From an uncultured virus (IMG/VR IMGVR_UViG_3300030098_002223) (taxonomy: Duplodnaviria > Heunggongvirae > Uroviricota > Caudoviricetes): DNA of 64,000 bases. The notes beneath the pieces were generated by a model that did no database searches, had not been told where the DNA came from, and was given only the letters and a program-made list of their open reading frames with translations. This document shows, one piece after another, positions 36,397-48,123 of the stretch. The stretch is from the IMG/VR virus record IMGVR_UViG_3300030098_002223; one strand, written 5' to 3'. Both the position numbers and the translations under genes were made by a program. Every line of letters begins with the position of its first letter. Positions within the stretch are counted from its first letter, which is position 1.

Positions 36397-39300
36397 TGCA
36401 ACTGATGTATACATAACACCTGCCAGTAGAAAGATTGAATGGTATCAGAGTAGTGCGGTAAAAGCAGAGATAAGTGGTTCTGGTGGAGATTTATATGTTT
36501 CAGGTTCTGGAGATTTACAATTAGACGCAGAAGGTAATAATATTAATTTACGCTCTGCTGGAGTTAAATGGGGTGCAATGAATAATAACAACGCTTACTG
36601 GGATTTTGATGGTAATGCAGGTAGCTCTTATCTTAGATTTATTCCGTGGAATAGTGGTGCCGGTACAACTGCATATACTTACTGGGGAGATACAACACAC
36701 GACCAAAATATTATTATACAGGGTGCAGGTGGCGGCGGTAACAACGAGACAACACTAGCAAACAACTTTTTTAAACAGAAAGACGGCGCTGGTAATACAG
36801 ACACCTATATTCAAGCAGGTGGAGATTCTTATATTCTTAATCAGTTCGGATTAGGTACAACCTCACCTACTAAACAGTTACACGTGCAAGGAGCTATAGC
36901 AGTATCTGGAGCAGAGTCTGGTGGCAACTCAGGTTATGGTAATTCTTTTTATCAATACAATCAGTCAGGCGCTCAAACTTTGCGTTTATATTCAGATTCT
37001 AGAGGTGTTTCAGGTGGTAAAAGACAACACATATACGCAACAGCAAGATTAAATATAGAATCTACTGAGCATATGGGAATAGGTCCATCTACATCAGGAG
37101 AATATTTACATTTATATTCCGCAGCTACAGCCCATATGTATTTAGATGCTGGTGGTGATTTTCAATTTAGAGATGCAGATGATAGTAGTGCAGTTAGAAT
37201 GAGGTTGGCTTCCGCAGATGGTGCTTTGGGAGTTGCTGGATTAATAACAGCATCTGGTGGTGCAACTATAGCTTCCTCTCAAAATTTTACAATGGGAGGT
37301 CAGGCAACTAGTGATATTTTAATTAGTACAGACGCTTCGTCCGTTTCAGACACTGTATTAGTTACGGCAGGATATGTAAATGCTCACGCTGGAGGAGGAG
37401 GAGGAGGTACGATTGCTGGTTCTCTTTCCGACAATTATATTCCTATCGGTAGTGCTGCTAATACAGTATCTAACTTCGTTTTAGGTTTAACAGAGGATGA
37501 TTCTATTTATATAGGGACTGACCCTTCTGCTACAACAAACTCAGCTGGTAACAACACAAGTTTAGGTATAAACGCTTTAGCTGCTATAACTACGGCTGAT
37601 GATAATACTGCTATAGGTTATAGGTCATTGTACACACTCAATACTGGAATTAATAACGTAGCTGTAGGAAGTAATGCTGGAAGTGGTGTAACCACAGGAG
37701 GACAAAACACAGTTATTGGTAAGGAAGCAGGAGTGAGTGTTGGTACACATAGTCACAATACTTATGTTGGTTATAATGCTGCTATTTATCATTCAGGAGA
37801 TAATAACGTAGGTTTAGGAAGTAATGCTCTACGAACTGGTTCTAATGATTACAATGTAGCTGTAGGAATGTCTGCTATGACTAAAGTGTCCGGTGGAGCT
37901 GGAGGAGTAGCTGTAGGTTTCCAATCTGGGTACCATCCAACTGGGAATTACAATACTTGGTTAGGATACAACGCTGGATTTGGTAGTAGTGCAGCTTCGT
38001 CTCAAGCTGCTTATACTAATGTAGGTATAGGCAAAGAAGCTCTAATGTCTATTACAAATGGATATGATAATACAGCTGTGGGTGTATTGGCAGGTGCAAC
38101 CCTTACAACAGGATATTACAATACTTATATAGGTAAGGCAGCTGGGTCAGGTGCTACTACTGCGGCTCATAGTAATGTAGGTATAGGATTATCTGCATTA
38201 TCTTCTGCTCATGGAGCAGGTAACGTGGCTATTGGTAGAGGTGCACTCAGCAATACTACAGATGCTAATCAGGTTGCAGTAGGATATAGTGCTTTAGAAT
38301 CTAATACAGCTGGAGAGAAAAATACTGCTGTAGGTTATAATGCACTTACAGCAAACACTACTGGTAATTATAATACTGCTATGGGACACCAAGCACTTGA
38401 TGCTAATGTTCATGGATATTATAATGTAGCTATTGGATATCAAGCTTTGACTGCTAGTAATGCTGCTGATACTACTGGTGGTAATACTGCTGTAGGTGGA
38501 TATATGGCTTTAGGGTCTGTCACTCAAGGTATCCGTAATAATGCTTTTGGTCATTCTGCTGGACACACTTTAACTACAGGTAATTATAATGATTATATGG
38601 GGTATTCAGCTGGATATGAAAATGTTCATGGAGATTATAATGTAGGAATAGGAAGGTCAGCTTTAGAAAAGAATGCGCCGGGAGACGGTGCAGGTAAAAA
38701 TGTAGGAGTAGGTGCTTTTGCAGGTAGAGGAGGAGCGACACATGCTATGACAGGTAGTGTGTTTATTGGTTATGCTTCTGGATATTATACTACTGGTAAT
38801 GCTAATGTAGCAGTAGGGTATGGTGCATTGGAAGGAGGTTCTTCTACTTATTCAGCTACTAAAAATGTAGCTATTGGTTATCAAGCTTTGAAGAGTGCTA
38901 CTACTGCTGAGAATATTGTTGCTATAGGTTATTTAGCTGGTGATGCTCAGACTACTGATGACGAAGGTTCTATTTACATCGGAAGTTCGGCTGGAGGTTC
39001 AGATTATGGTACTAACAGAAATATATTTATTGGTTTTGATGCTGGTAATAAAAATACAACAGGGGCTAACAATTTAGCTATAGGGCATAAAGCTTTAGAA
39101 GATATGGTTAGTGGTATACATAACGTAGCCATTGGTCGTGAAGCAGGAAAAGAATTAACAGGTAATCAAAATGTTGCCTTAGGTACTTTTGCTCTGCAAG
39201 ACCGTGTAGCAGGATATTATAATACAGTTGTTGGTGACCAAGCTATGAGAGATAGTACTGCTGGAGATAAAAACGTTATATTAGGAACTTCAGCTATGGG

Positions 39301-41533
39301 TAATGATACTGTGGGAACTGGCGGTGGTGAAAACGTTGTAGCAGGTTTTGCTGCACTTAGAAAAAACACAGGTCAATATAATGTAGTTGTAGGCTCAGAG
39401 GCTGCTACTGCTGCTACTGCACTAGGTAATTCAGTTGTCATAGGTAGACAGGCTATGGGAGGTGCAGCAGCTACAGGTGATGAGAACGTAGCAATAGGTT
39501 ATTTATCAATGCTTGATAATACTTCAGGTCTTCGTAACACAGCTATAGGAGCTTATGCTGCAACAGGTAGCACAACTGGACAAGACAATGTAGCTGTAGG
39601 TCATTCAGCCTTACAAGAAAATCAAGAAGGTGACGATATGGTTGCTATTGGTAGATATGCAGCGTATAATACAAACCCCACAGCAGGTACTGGAGACTCA
39701 GTAGCAATAGGAAGCTCAGCAGCTTTTACTAATACAACAGGTGTGCAGAATGTAGTAATAGGTAGAAGAGCTGCTTATAGTGGTACTAGTGCTAATAATC
39801 TTGTAGTAATAGGTAGAGAAGCTGGAGAAAAAATAACAACTGGTTCAAGTAATGTTGCGATTGGTGGACGAGCTGGTTACAACATCACTAAAGGAGCTGA
39901 AAATGTAATGATTGGTCAAAATGCTGGATACAATTATGCTGGTACTACCTCTGGAGTTTATGGTGCTTTTGGGGTTTTCGTAGGACATGCTGCTGGTTAT
40001 GCTGTAACGGGTGGACATTCTTATGGTTCTGTGATGGCTATAGGTCATCAACCTATGTATAATGCTACTGGAGCTAAAAAGACAATAGCTATTGGTCAAT
40101 CTGCGGTGGTTAGTGGTACTAATGTTGAAGAAACTGTAGCTTTAGGTAATGGAGCAGGTGCATATGCTAATGCAACAGGTAGTGTATATGTAGGTAACAA
40201 AGCTGGTTTTAGGTCTTCTGGTAATTATAATGTAGTTGTAGGGTATCAAGCTTTATCAGGTGCTTCGTCGGGGACAGGTTTTGGAACAGCACATAACAAC
40301 GTAGCAATAGGATATCAATCTATGCTTAATGTAACTAGTGGTGGAGAAAACGTAACTATTGGAGACCAAGCTGGTTATGGTATAACTACCGCAGACTATT
40401 GTGTTGCTGTAGGTTCAGACGCATTACGCAATGTGACGACTGGTTTTGGTAACATAGGTATAGGTCGGTACGCTGGAGCTTCTTTAGCAACAGACCAATA
40501 TACTATAGCTATAGGAAGTAGTGCTGCACAAGATGCTACAACTTCAGAATCAGTTATAATAGGACAAAACGCAGGATATAGTTTGACAGGAGACCAAAAT
40601 ATAGCTATAGGTAAAAGTTCACTATTTACTGCTACAAGTGCTGGCAGTAATATATCTATAGGTGTTAATGCTGGTAACGCACATACTACTGGGGACGATA
40701 ATGTATTTATAGGAACTAGCGCAGGTAAAGCAAGCACTACCGCAGCTGGTAACATAGCCATAGGTAAAGATGCTATGAAAATTGGTGCTCAAACTTCTAG
40801 CGACGGTGGTCAAAATACTGTAGTAGGATATGCAGGATATGTCGACGGAACTGGTCTACGTAACGTTGTTTTAGGTTATCGTGCAGCATACACAGCTACA
40901 TCAGCAAACTCGAATGTTAATATAGGATATGAAGCAGGTCAAAAGAATACCACAGGTGATGGTAATATTTTTATCGGTAATAAAGCAGGACCATCTTCTA
41001 CATCCACTGCTTCTAATGAACTCTATATACACAACGACGAGGGAACTCCACTTATCAAAGGTGACTTTAGTTCACCATCTTTAACAGTTAACGGTGATTT
41101 AGGAGTTACAGGTTCTTTATCAGTCACTGGTTCGACACTAGCAGTTCAAAAATCAATAAAGAATGACATTGCCGGTAATCACACAATATCAGATAGTTAC
41201 AGTCATTATATGGCTACAGCTGATAATCAAGGTACTGCTACTTGTACAATAACTTGTCCAGCTAGTCCTTCAATAGGTGATGAATATTTCATAGTAGCAC
41301 AATGTATATATGCCTCTGCTATGCCTAGTAATGCTTTAGTTCAAATAACTCCTAATACAGGTCAAACAATAAATCAAGCAGTCAATGCTGGTAGTAACAT
41401 TGCTCTACATCAAGTAAGTTCTGGTACTGGAGCTGGTGGACAACCACTTGTAAGTTATAAAACAGCTCATTTAATTTGTGTTGATACTGGTCAATGGGTA
41501 TTGACTGTAAGTGACGTAGGACCTACATCTTAG
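36389..41533 (+). CDS. Fibre protein with long YadA-head-like (N.A.G..A) beta-roll repeats
   Basis: dozens of ~14-aa NTAVG/NVAIG repeats. Confidence 0.8.
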   Translation: MPSATDVYITPASRKIEWYQSSAVKAEISGSGGDLYVSGSGDLQLDAEGNNINLRSAGVKWGAMNNNNAYWDFDGNAGSSYLRFIPWNSGAGTTAYTYWGDTTHDQNIIIQGAGGGGNNETTLANNFFKQKDGAGNTDTYIQAGGDSYILNQFGLGTTSPTKQLHVQGAIAVSGAESGGNSGYGNSFYQYNQSGAQTLRLYSDSRGVSGGKRQHIYATARLNIESTEHMGIGPSTSGEYLHLYSAATAHMYLDAGGDFQFRDADDSSAVRMRLASADGALGVAGLITASGGATIASSQNFTMGGQATSDILISTDASSVSDTVLVTAGYVNAHAGGGGGGTIAGSLSDNYIPIGSAANTVSNFVLGLTEDDSIYIGTDPSATTNSAGNNTSLGINALAAITTADDNTAIGYRSLYTLNTGINNVAVGSNAGSGVTTGGQNTVIGKEAGVSVGTHSHNTYVGYNAAIYHSGDNNVGLGSNALRTGSNDYNVAVGMSAMTKVSGGAGGVAVGFQSGYHPTGNYNTWLGYNAGFGSSAASSQAAYTNVGIGKEALMSITNGYDNTAVGVLAGATLTTGYYNTYIGKAAGSGATTAAHSNVGIGLSALSSAHGAGNVAIGRGALSNTTDANQVAVGYSALESNTAGEKNTAVGYNALTANTTGNYNTAMGHQALDANVHGYYNVAIGYQALTASNAADTTGGNTAVGGYMALGSVTQGIRNNAFGHSAGHTLTTGNYNDYMGYSAGYENVHGDYNVGIGRSALEKNAPGDGAGKNVGVGAFAGRGGATHAMTGSVFIGYASGYYTTGNANVAVGYGALEGGSSTYSATKNVAIGYQALKSATTAENIVAIGYLAGDAQTTDDEGSIYIGSSAGGSDYGTNRNIFIGFDAGNKNTTGANNLAIGHKALEDMVSGIHNVAIGREAGKELTGNQNVALGTFALQDRVAGYYNTVVGDQAMRDSTAGDKNVILGTSAMGNDTVGTGGGENVVAGFAALRKNTGQYNVVVGSEAATAATALGNSVVIGRQAMGGAAATGDENVAIGYLSMLDNTSGLRNTAIGAYAATGSTTGQDNVAVGHSALQENQEGDDMVAIGRYAAYNTNPTAGTGDSVAIGSSAAFTNTTGVQNVVIGRRAAYSGTSANNLVVIGREAGEKITTGSSNVAIGGRAGYNITKGAENVMIGQNAGYNYAGTTSGVYGAFGVFVGHAAGYAVTGGHSYGSVMAIGHQPMYNATGAKKTIAIGQSAVVSGTNVEETVALGNGAGAYANATGSVYVGNKAGFRSSGNYNVVVGYQALSGASSGTGFGTAHNNVAIGYQSMLNVTSGGENVTIGDQAGYGITTADYCVAVGSDALRNVTTGFGNIGIGRYAGASLATDQYTIAIGSSAAQDATTSESVIIGQNAGYSLTGDQNIAIGKSSLFTATSAGSNISIGVNAGNAHTTGDDNVFIGTSAGKASTTAAGNIAIGKDAMKIGAQTSSDGGQNTVVGYAGYVDGTGLRNVVLGYRAAYTATSANSNVNIGYEAGQKNTTGDGNIFIGNKAGPSSTSTASNELYIHNDEGTPLIKGDFSSPSLTVNGDLGVTGSLSVTGSTLAVQKSIKNDIAGNHTISDSYSHYMATADNQGTATCTITCPASPSIGDEYFIVAQCIYASAMPSNALVQITPNTGQTINQAVNAGSNIALHQVSSGTGAGGQPLVSYKTAHLICVDTGQWVLTVSDVGPTS

Positions 41534-41615
41534 AGAAACCTTTATATACTATCAACGATTAATTTTATAATATATACAACGTATGGCATCGAGCCAGCGA
41601 AGTGAGGTATAATAT

Positions 41616-41987
41616 ATGGCAAATTTTAAATCAGCAATACTAACCACAGGCACATACACAGGAACTTCTACTTCTCAAGTAGCTTTGATAGTGCCCGTGG
41701 ATGTCAAAAATGAGGACCGTTTATCATTTCAATTTATAAATAATGATACTACACCTAGCAATACAGATACCCTAAAAGTATTTGGTAGACTAGCCACCAC
41801 ATCTGGTACTCTTGGAGCAACCAGTGAAGGATGGACACAGATAGGTGACGATGTTGTAGTGAGTGGTTCATCGAGCTCATTAAAGTCAATTTCAACAACT
41901 GGCTTATATTGGGTTGGTGTAACAATAAACCCTACTGCTACACACGCTTCCTTATCTCATGACTGGTCAATGCTTAGACAGGCATAA
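41616..41987 (+). CDS. small beta-rich virion protein
   Basis: own promoter (GAAACCTTTATATAC ~41535) and GAGGT SD. Confidence 0.65.
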   Translation: MANFKSAILTTGTYTGTSTSQVALIVPVDVKNEDRLSFQFINNDTTPSNTDTLKVFGRLATTSGTLGATSEGWTQIGDDVVVSGSSSSLKSISTTGLYWVGVTINPTATHASLSHDWSMLRQA

Positions 41988-41991
41988 GTAG

Positions 41992-43878
41992 ATGACAACA
42001 GTAACTGTTTGGGGTGGAAGTTCGAGCACCGATTGGCACACAGCAGCTAATTGGACTAATGGAGTTCCAACAACTTCTTTAATCGCATCTATTCCAAGTG
42101 CTCCAAGCAATCAACCAAATATGAGTAGTGATGGAACAGCTCACGCTCTTCAGTTAGATTCAGGGGCTACCTTAACAGGTGGAAGTAACATTACATTATA
42201 TATTACAGGTGAGAGTGCAGGAGAAACAGATGCACCACCTAACGGTATGGCGGTTAATTTAGATGGAGCCATTTCAGGGGAATTAAGCCTTAATATTACA
42301 ACAAATGCAACAACAAGTGTAGATTTAAACCCCACCAGTGGTGATGTTCATGATTTAACACTTGCTAGTACTGGAACTAGTTTGATAATTAATTCTGAAA
42401 ATACATGTACATTAACTGGTGACCTCACAATTACAAAAGGAAAATTTAATGCAAACAGTAATAACCTTTCAGTAGCTGGAACTATAACAGTTAATAGTGT
42501 AGCAGGAGGGGACGCTGAAATAGACATAGGAGACGTTGTAGCAGATTGTGCAAAGATAGCTGTTGAAAGTGGAGATACCATAACAGCAGCGCATAGTAGT
42601 AATGCCCTTACAGTAGATGGTAATGGTATAGGCACCGGTAGAAGTATAGATTTTACTGGAATTATATCAGGTACATTGGATATAATATGTACACATCCTA
42701 ATACAACTGAGGCAGACCTCTCAGCTTCTTCAGGAGTTATAAATCATTTGACATTAAATCACGCAAGTTTAGTTATGAAGATGAACTCTTCTGCTACACT
42801 TGGAAAACTTACAATAACGGCAGGAGAATTTAGTACAGTAGATAGTAGTGGTAATTCTAAAGACCTTACAGTAACAGGAGAAGTAAGTATAGCAGGAACA
42901 CTTACAGGTAATGCTTCAGCTATTACTATAGGAAAAATGCTTGAGATAACAAACGGAGGAACATATAATGAAACAAGTGGAACTACGTTAATATCAGGTC
43001 AACCAGATGGAGATTATGTTCTTAGAAATCACGATGGAGGAACATATACTAAACACACTACAGGTATCTTAAAAATTGCACGTACATCAGCAGCAGGAAC
43101 TAAATATGCTAAATTTGGTGAAGATGTTTATAATGATTTAATATTAGAAAATACATCCAGTTCTTCAGCAGTAGCAATAGTTGGTGTTATGAACTTAGCA
43201 GGAGATTTAACTGTTGTAGAGGGAGAATTAAGAAGTTACGGAGGCACTGGAGCAATAGATGTTGATGGTCATGTTTCAATAGAATCAGGTGGTAAATTTT
43301 CAACAGAAACTTCACAATTAGCAGCAGGTGGAGTTAATGCAGATTTTGGAAGTCTTACAATAGCAAGTGGAGGAGAATACTCTGCAACACCGTTAACTAC
43401 TACACTTACTGGTAAGAACGGTTCTAATTATATGCTACAAAATAGTGGGACATTTACACACAACAAAGGCACAGTAAGATTTGAAGCAGATACAAGTTCA
43501 GGAACTTGGTATGCTACTAGTGCTTCAAATGTAGAAGCCAATTCTATTAAATTTTATAATCTTGAAACAGTAAGAACAGGCTCCGCAGGTTCATACAGAT
43601 TTTTTGTAGGTGGTAATAGTTTCTATTTAGTAGTTTTAAATAATTTAACTATTGGAGTAAACACTTCAATTTATTCAAGTAATGGCACAAGTATATTGAG
43701 ACATTATGGACCGTGTTTTAATATTGAGGGTGCAGCAGCTTTTGATAATGTAAAAGATGTTGAATGTGGATTTATCACAATAGGAAGTGCAGGAGAGTTA
43801 GAATTTAATGACGGCGACCAAACAATTAATTGCACAGGAATAAGAAATTTAAGAGGAGCAGCGGGGATATCAGCATGA
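41992..43878 (+). CDS. beta-helix/autotransporter-like virion protein
   Basis: W.G.SSTDWHTAANW..GVP start; G.LTI..G repeats. Confidence 0.7.
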   Translation: MTTVTVWGGSSSTDWHTAANWTNGVPTTSLIASIPSAPSNQPNMSSDGTAHALQLDSGATLTGGSNITLYITGESAGETDAPPNGMAVNLDGAISGELSLNITTNATTSVDLNPTSGDVHDLTLASTGTSLIINSENTCTLTGDLTITKGKFNANSNNLSVAGTITVNSVAGGDAEIDIGDVVADCAKIAVESGDTITAAHSSNALTVDGNGIGTGRSIDFTGIISGTLDIICTHPNTTEADLSASSGVINHLTLNHASLVMKMNSSATLGKLTITAGEFSTVDSSGNSKDLTVTGEVSIAGTLTGNASAITIGKMLEITNGGTYNETSGTTLISGQPDGDYVLRNHDGGTYTKHTTGILKIARTSAAGTKYAKFGEDVYNDLILENTSSSSAVAIVGVMNLAGDLTVVEGELRSYGGTGAIDVDGHVSIESGGKFSTETSQLAAGGVNADFGSLTIASGGEYSATPLTTTLTGKNGSNYMLQNSGTFTHNKGTVRFEADTSSGTWYATSASNVEANSIKFYNLETVRTGSAGSYRFFVGGNSFYLVVLNNLTIGVNTSIYSSNGTSILRHYGPCFNIEGAAAFDNVKDVECGFITIGSAGELEFNDGDQTINCTGIRNLRGAAGISA

Positions 43879-46800
43879 GTAGTACAATAAACATAGTAGG
43901 CACGGGCGGAATAATAGAAGGAGACTTCGATGATGCAAACGTTAATGTAAATCTTGACGCTGCTTATAATTTTGTTGGGTCTGATGATGAGCATATTACT
44001 ATTGCCGATAATTCTGCATTAGATTTAGGTGCTGGTGATATGACACTTTCCTGTTGGACAAATGCAATATATACAAATCAGGGCAGTAGTTATAATGCAT
44101 TAATAACTAAAGGAGCTGCTGGCACTTCAGATACAGCTTATGGATTATCATTAGAAGGAAATGGAGTAGTTAGATTTAAAGCAGGTGCCAATCAAGTTTT
44201 ATCAACTTCTTCAGGCGCATACGCAAATGACGGTTCTTTTGCACATATAGCAGGAGTAAAAAATGGAACTACATTTAAAATATATATTAATGGTGTAGAA
44301 GCAGCCAGTGCAACAAAATCAGACGTAGATACAGATAATAACGATGCACTAATACTTGCAGGAGACACAGGTGCAGTAAGGCATATAACTGGTAAACTTG
44401 GTGATGTGCGTATTTATAATACTGCGTTGAGTGCAAGTAATATTCAAGTCCTTGCTTCAAAAATAAATGTAAATCAAACACTAGGAGCAGGAACAACTAA
44501 TCTTGTTGGGCGTTGGCCGATTATTGGAACTTCTATAGACATTACAGACAATTCAAGCAATTCAAATAACGGAACTGCTGTAAATTCACCAACAACAGTT
44601 TACGATGCCTTTAGTGTAAATGTTCAGGACAACAGCACAACGACAGATGGGACGTTTACAGTAACACAAGGAAAGGTAGAGGGTTTGTCACTTACTTGTG
44701 TAGATTTAGATGGAACTAATGATTACATAACTTTCCCTTCTTCAGCTTCAGTAGGTGCTATTGGAGCTGCTGATTATACTATTGCTGGATGGTTCAATAC
44801 AGATTCGTCAAACCAACAAGTTTATTTTACTACTGGACCTAATGCTGCCAACGGAGGTTCAAATGATAATCTATTTATTAGCATAGACCCCGGAGGAAAC
44901 TATTTGGGATTAGGTTCCGCAGTTGCGTGGAAACATCAAGCAACTACTACTATAACACAAAATGTATGGCATCAATTTATTTTAACACGGGTTGGAACTG
45001 TAAGTAAATGGTATTTGGATGGAGTTTTAGTTGGAACAGGTACAGATTCGACAACTTGGACAGCAAGTACATTAGGTTATTTAGGACAGAATGGTGGTGG
45101 TACTCAAGATTTTAATGGAGAAATGAGAGACGTCCGTATATATGATTACGGGCTTTCTGAAGACCAAGCAGCTTCTCTTTATGCTGGAAATTATAATGTA
45201 ACTCCTGACCATTGGTGGAAGATAGACGATGCAACACAAACTGCAACAGCCACAATAGAAGATTATGGTACTGGAACGGACGCAGATGGGACTGGAGTAA
45301 GTCTTGGTACTTGGGTGAACGGCACTCTTGACCTTGACGGAACACTTACGATAGCAGCTAACGGAACTTTGTCAGCACCAAGAGGTAATTTAACGTTAGC
45401 AAGTTTCTTTGGAAATTCAGGTACTTATACACATAATAATGGAACTGTTGTAACAGATGGTGCAAGTACTTGGGTAAATTCTGCTGCGTCAGTAGACCCT
45501 GTTTTTTACAACCTTCAACAATCGTCAGGTCAATTAAGATTTTACAATGATATAACTATAGAAAGACAATTACAATTAGATGCAGGAGCTACTCATTTTT
45601 ACATTTGGGCAAACAGAACATTAACAATGGGTTCTACAACAAGCCCTGAAGCAAATTATCCTAAACTTATTAACAATATGAATACTGGAGATAAACAATT
45701 TTGGTTTTACGCAGGAGATGGACAAACAACTACACTACAAGGTGTAAGCGAATTGTATCCAATTATATTTACTAACACTAATGGAAGTAGCATTGAATGG
45801 GGATATCACGCTAATGGAGTAGCACAGATTAAGAATATAGATTTTCAATTCGGTATAACAACAGATACTCCTACTACAAACAATATAAAACTTACAGGAG
45901 ATTGTGAGTTTGATGCCGTAACAGTAAGTAGTGGAGATACTTTAGATTTGAATGGACAGAGGGCTGAGTTCGGTGGTAATTTCGAGTTAACTGGAGGAGG
46001 TACGCCGGGCGTACTTGATTGGGCAAGTTCTATGTTTATTTGTAAAGGAACTATAAATTTAAACGGTCGATTTCCAACTTCTGATGCTAACACTATAATT
46101 ATACACGACCCAACATCGGCTTCTGAAAAAGCAGTAACTTCTATGTATAGTAACGGCACATTTTTCAATCAAAACAATGAAACTGAAATAACAGGATATG
46201 GTTGGACTTCAGGAACGCCAGATTATGTGTTAGAAAAAGTGTTTGTAGGCGGTACTTTAGATTGTCAACAACATTTACAAGCAGGTGATATACAAACAGC
46301 AACAGGTGGGGACTTAAGAGGTGTTGACAGAACAATTACTTGTGAAGGAGATTTTACTACCAGTGGTGGTCTGCTTGGCACAAGTTGTCTTACACTAAAC
46401 GGTTCTGATGAGTTTGCAGCACAGACCTCTGCAACTACTTGGGGAATCAATAATGCTTATACTATAGAAATGTGGTTAAAAACAAGCACAGATTCTGATA
46501 TGGTTTTGTTTGATATGGACAATGGTTCAGACAATGCCAATAGAATTGTATTAGCTTGTAATGCATCTACTAATGAAATAAAGTTAAGTGCTTTTGCTAG
46601 TAACGGAACTGAAACTGGATTATTTACAGGTAATGTTTTTGGTCAAGATTTTCACGATGGTAAGTGGCATCACTTAGCAGTTACAAATAGTGGTTCAGAA
46701 ATCAAGATATATGCTGATGGTAAATTAAACAAGCAGTTAACAGCTACAGTTAGTAGAAGTTCAGACCCAAGTATGAGATTATTTATTGGTAAAAAGAAGA

Positions 46801-47852
46801 ATGATTCTGAGTTTTTTAATGGAGAGATAGAAGAAGTTAGAATATTTACTGATGTAAGAACAGAGGCAGAAATAAGGGCAGATATGTTTCAAGGTGGAAC
46901 ATTAGCAAACTCAGGTAATTTATCTGCAAGGTATTCGTTTGATGAGGGTTCTGGAACGGCAGTAGATAATTCACAAGGAACTGATGGAAGAGATTTAGTA
47001 GCTTCTGGGACAGGAGTATGGGCAGGAGCAGGAACATTTACCTATGGTACTTCCACAGTAGATTTAACAGGAACAGGTGATTTGAGTTATGAAGGTAATA
47101 CAAGCTTTTATAATTTAAAATGTGCTGCTTCTACGAAAACTACTACAGTAAATAGACGTTCTTCAGGTGCTATTCAGATTCGCAATAATTTATATCATGG
47201 GGGAGGTACATTGGATAGAAGTGGTAGTGTAACCTATTCTTTCATGGCTAGTGCTAGTGCCCCCCTTTCGGGTGCAACTTCTCCTATAGTTATGGATAAA
47301 TGTTATGTAGTTTATTGGAGTTCAACAGGTGTAGTACCTGCCTCTACGTGGGAATATTTTATTAGCGATGTATCTCCCGTTACTCTCGGAGCGGATGTGA
47401 CTTCTAATAATTATTTTAATACGAGTACTTATGAAACAGCTCTTGCAGGGAATACATTAACAGTTAATGAGATGAAATTTGGAAACAGCGCTAATGCTCA
47501 TTTAAATATAGGAAGTGGTTCATTGGTATTAGCTAATGTTTTAGGGCTCAGTACAAGTTATGCTGGTAATCAATTATCGGCAGGTCCGGGTTGTACAATT
47601 AGCGGAACTAACGCAGCAACTACTTTTAAATCTCAGAACGACTGGAATGTTGTAGGTAATGTAGAAAACTTAAATGTTACTAACGAAGAACTTAAAGTAA
47701 CTGGGTTAGTTACAAACTGTACTGGTGATATACATCAATATTTCCCAACAATTGACCACGACCAACAAATAGATGCAGATACTGCTGACGACAGAGATAT
47801 ACAATTACATGGTGATAAATTAGATAGAGATACGGAGTTGATTAACTCATAA
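43875..47852 (+). CDS. LamG/concanavalin-like multi-domain virion protein
   Basis: three LamG-type repeats (HxA..K.Y.NG/DG...F.G..EVRI); start corrected to 43875. Confidence 0.8.
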   Translation: MSSTINIVGTGGIIEGDFDDANVNVNLDAAYNFVGSDDEHITIADNSALDLGAGDMTLSCWTNAIYTNQGSSYNALITKGAAGTSDTAYGLSLEGNGVVRFKAGANQVLSTSSGAYANDGSFAHIAGVKNGTTFKIYINGVEAASATKSDVDTDNNDALILAGDTGAVRHITGKLGDVRIYNTALSASNIQVLASKINVNQTLGAGTTNLVGRWPIIGTSIDITDNSSNSNNGTAVNSPTTVYDAFSVNVQDNSTTTDGTFTVTQGKVEGLSLTCVDLDGTNDYITFPSSASVGAIGAADYTIAGWFNTDSSNQQVYFTTGPNAANGGSNDNLFISIDPGGNYLGLGSAVAWKHQATTTITQNVWHQFILTRVGTVSKWYLDGVLVGTGTDSTTWTASTLGYLGQNGGGTQDFNGEMRDVRIYDYGLSEDQAASLYAGNYNVTPDHWWKIDDATQTATATIEDYGTGTDADGTGVSLGTWVNGTLDLDGTLTIAANGTLSAPRGNLTLASFFGNSGTYTHNNGTVVTDGASTWVNSAASVDPVFYNLQQSSGQLRFYNDITIERQLQLDAGATHFYIWANRTLTMGSTTSPEANYPKLINNMNTGDKQFWFYAGDGQTTTLQGVSELYPIIFTNTNGSSIEWGYHANGVAQIKNIDFQFGITTDTPTTNNIKLTGDCEFDAVTVSSGDTLDLNGQRAEFGGNFELTGGGTPGVLDWASSMFICKGTINLNGRFPTSDANTIIIHDPTSASEKAVTSMYSNGTFFNQNNETEITGYGWTSGTPDYVLEKVFVGGTLDCQQHLQAGDIQTATGGDLRGVDRTITCEGDFTTSGGLLGTSCLTLNGSDEFAAQTSATTWGINNAYTIEMWLKTSTDSDMVLFDMDNGSDNANRIVLACNASTNEIKLSAFASNGTETGLFTGNVFGQDFHDGKWHHLAVTNSGSEIKIYADGKLNKQLTATVSRSSDPSMRLFIGKKKNDSEFFNGEIEEVRIFTDVRTEAEIRADMFQGGTLANSGNLSARYSFDEGSGTAVDNSQGTDGRDLVASGTGVWAGAGTFTYGTSTVDLTGTGDLSYEGNTSFYNLKCAASTKTTTVNRRSSGAIQIRNNLYHGGGTLDRSGSVTYSFMASASAPLSGATSPIVMDKCYVVYWSSTGVVPASTWEYFISDVSPVTLGADVTSNNYFNTSTYETALAGNTLTVNEMKFGNSANAHLNIGSGSLVLANVLGLSTSYAGNQLSAGPGCTISGTNAATTFKSQNDWNVVGNVENLNVTNEELKVTGLVTNCTGDIHQYFPTIDHDQQIDADTADDRDIQLHGDKLDRDTELINS

Positions 47853-47866
47853 GGAAAGGTTTATAT

Positions 47867-48073
47867 ATGGATACAACAGATAAAGAACTATTGATTCGCA
47901 TAGACGAACGCGTCAACACCATTTTTAACAGGATGGAAAAATTTGAAACACTCTTTACGAATCACTTAGCTCATCATGAAATGTGGGAAGAAGACATCAA
48001 AAGACAAGTAAGATGGTTAGTTGGTTTCGCCCTTTCCGCAGCTACTGGTGTAGGCGCATGGGGGATGATGTAG
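47867..48073 (+). CDS. coiled-coil plus C-terminal TM protein (XhlA/holin-like)
   Basis: LLIRIDERV...RWLVGFALSAATGVGAW. Confidence 0.5.
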   Translation: MDTTDKELLIRIDERVNTIFNRMEKFETLFTNHLAHHEMWEEDIKRQVRWLVGFALSAATGVGAWGMM

Positions 48074-48123
48074 ATGGTATATAAAAAGAAAACTAAGAAA
48101 CAAACAAAAAGGAGAAAGAAATA

